Shown: one piece after another, positions 30,329 through 38,764 of the stretch
Numbering within the stretch: the stretch's first letter is position 1
Layout: each line of letters starts with the position of its first letter
Source of the DNA: Candidatus Dojkabacteria bacterium
Lineage (GTDB): Bacteria; Patescibacteriota; Dojkabacteria; JAFGLO01
Length of the DNA stretch: 64,000 bases
Direction of reading: 5' to 3'
Assembly: GCA_016927995.1 (NCBI GenBank)
Contig: JAFGLO010000004.1
Location: 64,955-128,954, forward strand
Position numbers and translations under genes: made by a program
Notes under the pieces: model-generated
The model's input: the letters and a program-made list of their open reading frames with translations, nothing else
The model's database searches: none
Told to the model about the DNA's origin: nothing

Positions 30329-31171
30329 ATGAATCAAAAAGAGGCGAAAAAGGGATATAGGCGAAGAATGCAGATTGGGAAGGTAAGTATTTTTTATAGA
30401 GAACTTGGAAACGGCGGAGTCCCGGTTTTTTTGTTCCCGGGATTTCCATTTTCTTCAACCATTTTCCAGCCAATGATGCAAGAGCTTTCTCCAAGATATA
30501 AAACAATAGCCTTGGACTTTCCTTATTGGAGTGGGAGAACTGTTGTCGGAAGATTTCGTCCTAAAGTCTCAAAATATGCCAAGCTTGTGGCAAAGTTTGT
30601 TAAGAGTTTTAATTATGAAAAATATTACGTCATAGGGTACTCAATGGGTGGATTTATTTCACAATATGCACTTACTAAAGGATATATTAATCCGGAAAAG
30701 TTTGTTCTAATGTCTACCTTTATGGACGGTTCAGCACTTGCATTTAGCAGGATTCAAAAGGAGATTATTAAATTTGTTTCTCGAAAGGGTATAAGTTCAT
30801 ACTTCAAAGGATATGCGTCCTTTTTCCTCATGATGTATTTTACTGTGTCCTCTGTATCGGAATTTAAATATTTTGAAGAAAGTTTTCGACTAAAAGACCT
30901 GATGACAGATTTTTTGAAGATGGATATTGTAAAAACAGTTAAACTTCTTGAGAATATCCAAAAGATTAAGATTAATATGAATAAGTTCCCGAAGATTGAA
31001 TATTTATCGGTTTATGCCGAAAAAGATCATGAATATGTTATTGAGCAAATGAAGTATATGGCCAGAAAACTAAATATTGATTCAGTACTTGTTCCGGGAT
31101 CGGGTCATGCTCATGCATTCTTTAATTACAAAATTGCATCTCGTTACATAAAACTTTTTTTTGATCGATGA
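30329..31171 (+). CDS. Alpha/beta hydrolase
   Basis: FPGF, GYSMGG, GSGHAH. Confidence 0.85.
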   Translation: MNQKEAKKGYRRRMQIGKVSIFYRELGNGGVPVFLFPGFPFSSTIFQPMMQELSPRYKTIALDFPYWSGRTVVGRFRPKVSKYAKLVAKFVKSFNYEKYYVIGYSMGGFISQYALTKGYINPEKFVLMSTFMDGSALAFSRIQKEIIKFVSRKGISSYFKGYASFFLMMYFTVSSVSEFKYFEESFRLKDLMTDFLKMDIVKTVKLLENIQKIKINMNKFPKIEYLSVYAEKDHEYVIEQMKYMARKLNIDSVLVPGSGHAHAFFNYKIASRYIKLFFDR

Positions 31172-32223
31172 ACCTTATTTATATAACCAAAGAATCGAAT
31201 CTGTATTCCGGTTGCGGAATGGTTATTTCTGAACTTATAAAAGGATTTTCCGGGGAACATAATATCACCCTTATATGCCCTACCGGTACTCTACAAGCTT
31301 GGGCGAATAAGTTTGGAAAAACCATTAAACATGTTCGTTCCGACCTTAATCTGTTTGATCTGTTTCGTGTTAGGCGGGGCATTCCGCTTAAATCGACTAT
31401 TCATATTCATGGGATCTCGAGCCTGATATTTGGGATTTTTTGTGGGTTGGGTCGTACACGCAACTTATTTTACACAGAGCATTTGTGGACAAATGATTTA
31501 AAGCTGCCAAGTTTTATATCCGGATTTTTCCAGAAATTAGCATTACTTTTTTTGTCACCAATGGTTAAAAAGATTGTTTGCGTCTCGAAGAGCGTAAAAA
31601 AGTTTTTTGAAGCTCATGGTGTTTCCTCAAATAAACTTGTAGTGATTTACAACTCCGTACCGACTCCCCAAGAGGTTGTTACGCATTCCCCGAAGGAAGA
31701 GCTCATTATTTCGACAGTAGGCAATTTTAGTTTTTCTAAGGGGTATAACAATCTTGCGGAAGTTATTGACCTAATCCCTGCATCGATTCCGATTAAAGTC
31801 TGTATTGCAGGTTCGGGCAGTGAACTTAATAACTTTAAGAATCTGATAAAAGATTTGGGTATTGAAACCCGATTCGAGCTAATGGGTCAGGTACCAAGTG
31901 TTACAAACCTTCTTCTAAATTCAGATGTTTATATCCAGACGTCAATATCTGAGAGTTTTGGACTTGGGATTGCACAGGCGTTGTCGGTAGGACTTCCGGT
32001 TGTTGCATATAAAGTTGGCGGAATTCCGGAGGTTGTTCAAGACAACAAAAATGGATATTTAACAAGACTTAACGATACAATTGATTTTGCTCATAAACTT
32101 AAAACACTCTTGACCGACAATGAATTAAGAACTGAATTTGGTAAACATGGAATTATGTCTATGAAAAAGTTTAGCAGTGATAAGTTTCTGCGAAAACACA
32201 ATGCTGTTTACGGACTTTTATAA
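31168..32223 (+). CDS. Glycosyltransferase family 4
   Basis: ESFGLGIAQA, GLPVVAYKVGGIPEVV. Confidence 0.9.
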   Translation: MNLIYITKESNLYSGCGMVISELIKGFSGEHNITLICPTGTLQAWANKFGKTIKHVRSDLNLFDLFRVRRGIPLKSTIHIHGISSLIFGIFCGLGRTRNLFYTEHLWTNDLKLPSFISGFFQKLALLFLSPMVKKIVCVSKSVKKFFEAHGVSSNKLVVIYNSVPTPQEVVTHSPKEELIISTVGNFSFSKGYNNLAEVIDLIPASIPIKVCIAGSGSELNNFKNLIKDLGIETRFELMGQVPSVTNLLLNSDVYIQTSISESFGLGIAQALSVGLPVVAYKVGGIPEVVQDNKNGYLTRLNDTIDFAHKLKTLLTDNELRTEFGKHGIMSMKKFSSDKFLRKHNAVYGLL

Positions 32224-33440
32224 ACAAGTTTCTTTATAACGTAGTAGGCCGATGCTATTGATACTATTCCTTCTGCTATTACAAAGGTTACACTCGCTCC
32301 GGTTGCTCCAAATAGCTGACACAAAATAGTTCCGACAAATATATTTACAATAATGGACGTGACTGAAAATACAAGATAAATCTTGGCTTTATTAAATGAG
32401 ATTAGTGTGTAACCCCAAAGATGCTGCCAAAATACGAATGGGATTCCTAATGTTATTACTCTTAGTGGTATTACACTCTCCATATATTCCGATCCGTTTA
32501 TAAAGTCTATTATGGGGTTGGAGAAAATATAGATGGCCAAACTTATTCCCAGGCCTAGAATACTTAATACAATTATTGCATATAAAAATATTTTTTTAAG
32601 GTTTTGGATCTTTTTTATGTTTCTTGCGATTTCCGGAAATATTGGTGTCATAATTAGTCCCGGAATAACTGTTGCCAGTGTAAGAATTTTTTGTGCTGCA
32701 GAATAGATCCCAACCTCGTAGGCATTGCTGGTTATATCAAGAATTGCTTTATTAAGTTCGTGTGTTAAATAGTGCAAAGTAATTACAATCCCAATAAGGA
32801 TAGATTGTTTTAGTAGCTTGCTAATAATTATTTTGTCCGGTTTTATGAAAGGTGGAATATGGGTTTTGTAAATAATAAAATCGACAAAAAACCATACTAT
32901 TGCCGCTAACGATGTTGCAATAATAAAAGTGGTGGATGTATAAGTAAAATAACGTACAATTATAAAAAACAGAACATATTTAACTCCGGCAACTGCCACC
33001 TCGGAGATTGCTTTTGCGGAAAGATTGTTATCAACCTGTTGAAGCACGTCAATTGGTGCTTTTAAAAGACCCATCAAAACTAATACCGGGCCCATTAAAA
33101 GCCCTGATGCAAATCCAACATAATTGTGAATAAAAGGAGTGATGATAAGTACAATGCAAAATGCGAAAGCAAAAATTAACAATCTTAAGTATAATGAGTT
33201 CCAGAAATACGTTGCACGGTTCTTGGGCTTTTGACTAATATCTCTTGCTGTTATCGAATTTTGACCAAGATCTGATATGTTTTGAATCAAAAGAAGATAA
33301 AAGGTTACAAGATTAAAAATTCCAAGCTCGGCAGGCATTAATGCATGATTCATTGCCTGTGCAGCTAAAAACGAAAACAAAAAATAAAATCCGTTTGCAA
33401 AGAGTAAAACGATAATATTTTTTGATATTTTCTTGAACAC
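32208..33440 (-). CDS. Oligosaccharide flippase (Wzx/MOP family)
   Basis: About 12 TM segments, DLG..ARDIS, VGIYSAA, FGATGAS. Confidence 0.88.
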   Translation of the reverse strand: MFKKISKNIIVLLFANGFYFLFSFLAAQAMNHALMPAELGIFNLVTFYLLLIQNISDLGQNSITARDISQKPKNRATYFWNSLYLRLLIFAFAFCIVLIITPFIHNYVGFASGLLMGPVLVLMGLLKAPIDVLQQVDNNLSAKAISEVAVAGVKYVLFFIIVRYFTYTSTTFIIATSLAAIVWFFVDFIIYKTHIPPFIKPDKIIISKLLKQSILIGIVITLHYLTHELNKAILDITSNAYEVGIYSAAQKILTLATVIPGLIMTPIFPEIARNIKKIQNLKKIFLYAIIVLSILGLGISLAIYIFSNPIIDFINGSEYMESVIPLRVITLGIPFVFWQHLWGYTLISFNKAKIYLVFSVTSIIVNIFVGTILCQLFGATGASVTFVIAEGIVSIASAYYVIKKLVYKSP

Positions 33441-33470
33441 GATTTTTCCCGGAACTTATAATCCATTATA

Positions 33471-33680
33471 CAGTGAAATAGTGAAGCAGTGAAACAGTAA
33501 AGTAATACTCTGGAAGCCCGATATGTGAGCAGAGATTCGCCTTAACAAGAAAGCAAAAGAGATAAAGGGTTCACTTCGAACATAGGAATCGACGGAAGCT
33601 TAAGCAGTGAAGTAGTGAAACAGTGAAGTATTCCTCTCCGGAAGATACCTATGAGAGAAGTGCCAGGCTTTGACAACAGA
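33471..33680 (+). repeat. Dispersed composite repeat (8-mer array plus hairpin core), copy A
   Basis: (C/T)AGT(G/A)AA(G/A) arrays around a core ending GAACATAGGAATCGACGGAAGCTTAAG; matches the reverse complement of 46466-46768. Confidence 0.9.
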
Positions 33681-33721
33681 TTAAATAAAAAATATACTAT
33701 TGCACAACATTTTATAAAACC

Positions 33722-34888
33722 TTGTACATGAAAAAAACTTTGTCGATTGTGTTTCTTGCTATTATTTTCTGGACAGGATTTGCCAATGTTATAGTTGCAT
33801 CAAATGTAGAATCTTCCTTAAATGAGGAAACCTTATCCGAGGCGGAGGTTTCTTCAAATACTTCTGTTGTTGAAACGCTTGAAGGCAAGGTGATATCAAT
33901 CATTGATCAACAGGAAACAGAGGATGGTTTCTCTCAAACCCTTGAAATCGAGATAACGAAGGGTTCACAAAAAGGCGATACTGTAACCGTTGAAAATAGT
34001 AGTACGGTTTCTTTAACTTCTGTTCGATACAAAATTTCCGATAAAATCCAACTTGAATATAATGAACTTAATGGTCAGTCATATTATTTTATTGTTGGTT
34101 ATGTTAGAAGAGGCACGGTAATACTTCTAACCCTGATTTTTGTCGCATTTGTAGTTATTATCGGCGGTTTAACCGGAGTCAGGTCGATAATCTCTCTCGT
34201 TTTAAGTTTTGTTATTATATTTAGTTATACGCTTCCGCAGATTTATAATGGCAAAGATCCTTTGTTTGTTTCAATAATTACTGCGGTTCTATGTATTCCC
34301 ATAACGTTTTATGTTGCACACGGCTTTAAAAGGAAAACAACAGTTGCTGTTATAAGTACTATCGTAACATTAGTTTTAACGGTTATTTTGGCTCAGCTTT
34401 TTATTAGTGCAACTCATCTTACCGGATTAGGTACCGAGGATGCTGCACTTTTACTAACATTTAAGGGCGGCGATATCGATGTGAAATCGTTAATAATTGC
34501 CGGTATTGTTATTAGTGTCATTGGTGTAATAGATGATATAGCTATTGCACAAGTTGGTTTTGTTGAAAGTATAAAAAAGAGTAATCCCAAGATAAAAACG
34601 GAGGAACTTTATAAACAGTCCATTCAGATGGGGCGTGACCACATTGCATCCATGATTAATACACTAGTTCTTGTATATGCAGGTGGATCTTTGAGTACAC
34701 TTCTTTTAATAATCGACAATCCCAAACCGATTTCCGAATTTATAAACTACGAGTTTCTTGTAGATCAAATAGTAAGAACCCTTGTAGGAAGTCTTGGGCT
34801 TGTAATTGGTGTTCCAATAACAACCTTTGCTGCAATGGTTGCTTATGACGATAATATACCTAAAGAAAAAAATGAAGCTGGATTTTAA
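33722..34888 (+). CDS. YibE/F family membrane protein
   Basis: IGVIDDIAIAQ, GRDHIASMINTLVLVYAG, IVRTLVGSLG. Confidence 0.92.
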   Translation: MYMKKTLSIVFLAIIFWTGFANVIVASNVESSLNEETLSEAEVSSNTSVVETLEGKVISIIDQQETEDGFSQTLEIEITKGSQKGDTVTVENSSTVSLTSVRYKISDKIQLEYNELNGQSYYFIVGYVRRGTVILLTLIFVAFVVIIGGLTGVRSIISLVLSFVIIFSYTLPQIYNGKDPLFVSIITAVLCIPITFYVAHGFKRKTTVAVISTIVTLVLTVILAQLFISATHLTGLGTEDAALLLTFKGGDIDVKSLIIAGIVISVIGVIDDIAIAQVGFVESIKKSNPKIKTEELYKQSIQMGRDHIASMINTLVLVYAGGSLSTLLLIIDNPKPISEFINYEFLVDQIVRTLVGSLGLVIGVPITTFAAMVAYDDNIPKEKNEAGF

Positions 34889-36005
34889 AAGGTTTTTAAA
34901 CGACAAACTTCTTAAACGATTAATAATTGCGGTGCTGGTTCTAATTTTCGGATACGTGTTTACGCTTACTCCCATTGGAGATTTTTGGCTCAAAGCGGAT
35001 TCCGAGTCATCCTACATTTATGGAACAATTGTTTCAGTCGAAGAAAATATTATCTGTCCCGATGGAATAAACAACAGTTGCAACGAATACATTGTAGATA
35101 GTTTTGGAGATTTAGGTGAAGTTTCCTTCGTTGAGGATCCTCAAAATAGTTATCGGTTAAATGCATTGGACTTATCTGTTGGCACGAAAGTTGCATTATA
35201 TAAGGGTGCCGGCTCGGACTTGTTTTTTTATGATGTTTATCGAGTACCTTACCTTGCAATGCTTGGAATAATTCTTGTTGCCGTACTTATTTTTATATCG
35301 GGAATTCAAGGATTTAACTCACTTTTGGCGCTTATTCTATCCACAATAATTGTGCTTGCATTGGGAATATCACTTATTGGTAAAGGAGTTCATCCTTTCT
35401 GGGTCATTTCAATTGTAGGATTTCTTGTCATATTTATAACTACATTTGGCGGACACGGATTTAACAATCGATCACTTGTTGCTTTTGTATCTTCACTTCT
35501 GGTTTTATGGTTTGCCTATTTTATGGCTGTATGGTTTTCTTCCTTTGCACGGCTTACAGGATATCCATACCAGCGGGCATCATATCTTATTCAAGATATT
35601 GGCTTGTATTCAAATCTTTCTCATATACTTCACGTGAGCTTTGTGGTTGGCGTGTTAGGGCTTCTTGATGACGTAACGATGAGTCAGATAAACGTAACTT
35701 ACGAAATAATGCAAAATTCTAAATTCAAGCGAAATGTATTTAAAGTTTTTGCACAGTCTATGCGTACAGGAAATGACCACATTGCATCGATGGTAAACAC
35801 GTTAAGTTTTGCATATATTTCAAGCGCATTCGCCGAGATAATGTGGTATGTCCTTGATGGATGGACACTTAAAGAGATATTCACTCCGGAATTTCTTGCA
35901 GAAGAGTGTGTTAGAACAATTGTGGGAAGTATAGCAATTGTGCTTATTATCCCTGTTGCAACAATGCTGGCTGCACTTTGGTTTAAAGACTCAACCCGTA
36001 ATTAA
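34872..36005 (+). CDS. YibE/F family membrane protein (tandem paralog)
   Basis: LGLLDDVTMSQ, GNDHIASMVNTL, VRTIVGSI. Confidence 0.9.
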   Translation: MKLDFKRFLNDKLLKRLIIAVLVLIFGYVFTLTPIGDFWLKADSESSYIYGTIVSVEENIICPDGINNSCNEYIVDSFGDLGEVSFVEDPQNSYRLNALDLSVGTKVALYKGAGSDLFFYDVYRVPYLAMLGIILVAVLIFISGIQGFNSLLALILSTIIVLALGISLIGKGVHPFWVISIVGFLVIFITTFGGHGFNNRSLVAFVSSLLVLWFAYFMAVWFSSFARLTGYPYQRASYLIQDIGLYSNLSHILHVSFVVGVLGLLDDVTMSQINVTYEIMQNSKFKRNVFKVFAQSMRTGNDHIASMVNTLSFAYISSAFAEIMWYVLDGWTLKEIFTPEFLAEECVRTIVGSIAIVLIIPVATMLAALWFKDSTRN

Positions 36006-36872
36006 GGCTTTGCCTATATCACCTTCCCGAAGAATATTTAAAGTACCATCCGAAAGTATCTCTACAATAGTTGAAGGCTTATTCTTAATTTTGGTTTTTG
36101 GATCCTTAATTACAAGATCGACTTTGTCGATTATTTTGGGGTCAATCTCGTTAAAGCCTCCCGGTGGGGGAGCTCCTTTCTCGTTTGCAGATGAGGCAAC
36201 AATAGGTTCTCCAACCTTACGGATAAGTTCCCTCGTAAATGTATGATTCGGGAGTCGAACTCCAATTGTTTGAGCCTTTCTGTTTAGGATAGCTTTAGGG
36301 TACAGTTCGGGACTTCCAACTGGAACAATAATTGTAAGTTGTCCCGGCCAGAATTCGCCCATGAGCCGGTCGAGTACGGGAGATCTAAGCGGTGTTATTC
36401 TTAGCATTTCTTCTTTGTCTGCAATAAGAATTGCTGTTGGTTGTAGTTTTGACCGTTTTTTGGCTTTGTAGAGTTTGTCTATTGCTTTTTCACTATATAA
36501 CCTGCAGCCAATTCCATAAACTGTATCGGTTGGAAAGATTAAAAGCTTGTTATTTAGTAAAAGCTCGGTTGCTAACTCGAGTGCTCTGGTTTTGTCATAG
36601 GGTATTACCTTGTGAACTCGTTTTAATTCCTTAAGCTTCCACAAGAATAAAGCAACCGTGTTTTCCCGTTTAGGGTAGTCGGATACAAAGCGCATTGCGG
36701 CTTCCAAAAGGTCTGATCGTTCTTTCATTGCAAGGCGAATATATGTTGACTTGTTTTGGGGATCGTTAAGAGTTGCCGCGATATGAAGCCCAATTGATTG
36801 ATAATCTTGTGTTACATAACGTTTTTGTTGCCGTTCTTTAAAGTCGGGCAAAATGTTAGATATTTTTTTCAT
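35991..36872 (-). CDS. tsaC: L-threonylcarbamoyladenylate synthase TsaC/Sua5 with extra N-terminal domain
   Basis: FPTDTVYGIG, KKR, FWPGQLT, GVRLPNH, SSAN, PSTIV. Confidence 0.9.
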   Translation of the reverse strand: MKKISNILPDFKERQQKRYVTQDYQSIGLHIAATLNDPQNKSTYIRLAMKERSDLLEAAMRFVSDYPKRENTVALFLWKLKELKRVHKVIPYDKTRALELATELLLNNKLLIFPTDTVYGIGCRLYSEKAIDKLYKAKKRSKLQPTAILIADKEEMLRITPLRSPVLDRLMGEFWPGQLTIIVPVGSPELYPKAILNRKAQTIGVRLPNHTFTRELIRKVGEPIVASSANEKGAPPPGGFNEIDPKIIDKVDLVIKDPKTKIKNKPSTIVEILSDGTLNILREGDIGKALITG

Positions 36873-36902
36873 GATTTTGTGTTGTTTGTCGGGTATGAGA
36901 CT

Positions 36903-36931
36903 GTAGGGGCGGTTTTTAAACCCGTCCCTAC
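36903..36931. repeat. REP-like palindrome, possible trpS terminator
   Basis: GTAGGGGCGGtttttaaacCCGTCCCTAC. Confidence 0.75.
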
Positions 36932-36942
36932 GGTCTTTGTTT

Positions 36943-37953
36943 TTAATATCGTAATCCTATTATGTCTCTTGTCTTTTCAACGATTTCGTTGCTTATTGTG
37001 CGCACTTTTTTTGTACCTTCATGTAAGACATCCATTACGAAATCGGGTTTCTTTTCAAGTTCTGTGCGCTTTTGTCGGATTGGTGTTAAGAATTCGTCAA
37101 GTGCATTAAACAGTTTTTCTTTTACCTCTACATCACCCACGGTGCCTTTTGTGTATCTTTCCTTAAGTTCGGCTACCTCTGACTTATTTGGGTTAAATGC
37201 ATCATGATAAATAAATACCGGGTTTCCTTCAACTTTTCCGGGATCCGTGGCCTTTATTCTACTTGGATCAGTATACATTTTCATGACTTTCGCTTTTACG
37301 GTTTCGGAATCATCTGACAAATATATGCAATTTCCAATGCTTTTACTCATTTTACCCTGTCCGTCAGTACCAGGTAATCGTCCCAAATTAGTTACTTTGG
37401 CTTTTGGTTCATGAAAGAAGTCTGTTTTATACATCTTGTTAAATTTGCGGACAATGTCACGAGTTAATTCTACATGTGGAACTTGGTCTTCGCCAACGGG
37501 AACCAGATCGGCATTTACACACATTATGTCGGCTACCTGATGTACCGGGTACACATAGAATCCAAGTGGTGTACTATCTTTGAAAGCTTCTTTGGTTTGA
37601 CTTTTTTCGGCGAGTTCAGTTTTTATTGTTGGATTATGCGACAGCTGTTCTATAGATACGAAGTTTGCAAAATATATAAAAAGCTCTGCGATTGCAGGAA
37701 TTTGCGATTGTATAAATATTGTAGATTTGGTAGGGTCGATTCCCACTGCCATATAGTCGAGAGCTAGCTCAAACACATTTTCTTGGACTTTTTTAGGGTT
37801 GTCAAAGTTGTCTGTTAAAGCTTGAATGTCAGCTACAATTACAAACTGCTCATATTCATCTTGAAGCTCGACTCGCTGCAAGAGTGAACCTACATAATGG
37901 CCCAAATGGAGTTTTCCTGTTGGTCGGTCGCCAGTGAGTATTCGCTTTTTCAT
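36943..37953 (-). CDS. trpS: Tryptophan--tRNA ligase
   Basis: [26 protein letters not shown]. Confidence 0.97.
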   Translation of the reverse strand: MKKRILTGDRPTGKLHLGHYVGSLLQRVELQDEYEQFVIVADIQALTDNFDNPKKVQENVFELALDYMAVGIDPTKSTIFIQSQIPAIAELFIYFANFVSIEQLSHNPTIKTELAEKSQTKEAFKDSTPLGFYVYPVHQVADIMCVNADLVPVGEDQVPHVELTRDIVRKFNKMYKTDFFHEPKAKVTNLGRLPGTDGQGKMSKSIGNCIYLSDDSETVKAKVMKMYTDPSRIKATDPGKVEGNPVFIYHDAFNPNKSEVAELKERYTKGTVGDVEVKEKLFNALDEFLTPIRQKRTELEKKPDFVMDVLHEGTKKVRTISNEIVEKTRDIIGLRY

Positions 37954-38062
37954 TGTTGCTTTGCAAAGTTATTTTGTTCTTAAGTATAGCAGATATATCG
38001 ATAGTATTGAAAATTTTGAGTGGAGTCATATCACTTGGCCGATTGAAGTGATGATAGAGTGC

Positions 38063-38695
38063 CTAATCTTTAGTTGCGGGTTGTTCAGGTCGAAGAACCC
38101 TAAAGACATCAAGAACTAAATTTCCCGGAACTTGCATTACAATGCCACACGATTTCGATGTATCGGTTGGTCGTATTCCAATATTTGCTATAACTCTTTT
38201 GTCAAATACAGTCTCGTTTCTTACGGCTCTCATTGCATTCATAAGTTCATCTCTATTGTGTGAGGATGACACAATCCCGTCATCAGGATTAACTTTATAA
38301 CCTTTATCTGGAGAGAAGTTACCGAAATGAAGAACAAATGTTCCTCTGGCTATATAGGCGTCTGCCTGATCCTGCATGGGAGTATCGGCTATGTTTGAGA
38401 CTCCGTCTCTAAGTGAATTAACTGCTTCACCCTGAATATGCGTAAGGACTGTGTGTAAGATGAGCGAAAAGGTTGGGCTATTACCGAGCCTTTTATATAG
38501 ATTCTGAAACAAAATGCCGAGCGGTGTTTTATCTATAAGTTGAAGAGTTTGAGCTATTTCGGGTCTAACCAGTTCTGCCTGAATAGCTTCTTGCAATTGA
38601 GCTAATTCACTTTGCTCACCTTGCAAGGTGAGATAATCTAACAGCTCGGGTGTTATTCCGAGACGCGTGTATGCGTCTTGGGTAGCAGTTCTCAT
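38063..38695 (-). CDS. Hypothetical protein
   Basis: 210-aa ORF, no motif. Confidence 0.55.
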   Translation of the reverse strand: MRTATQDAYTRLGITPELLDYLTLQGEQSELAQLQEAIQAELVRPEIAQTLQLIDKTPLGILFQNLYKRLGNSPTFSLILHTVLTHIQGEAVNSLRDGVSNIADTPMQDQADAYIARGTFVLHFGNFSPDKGYKVNPDDGIVSSSHNRDELMNAMRAVRNETVFDKRVIANIGIRPTDTSKSCGIVMQVPGNLVLDVFRVLRPEQPATKD

Positions 38696-38764
38696 AATCT
38701 AACATGCGACAAAAGTTAATGCCGTATTATATCACAATTTCGGGGCTGGGTAAAGATTGTTTTA

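Noticed and set aside
37954-38062. T-box upstream of trpS (argS also checked)
   Set aside because: No TGGNACC bulge motif or Stem I was found.
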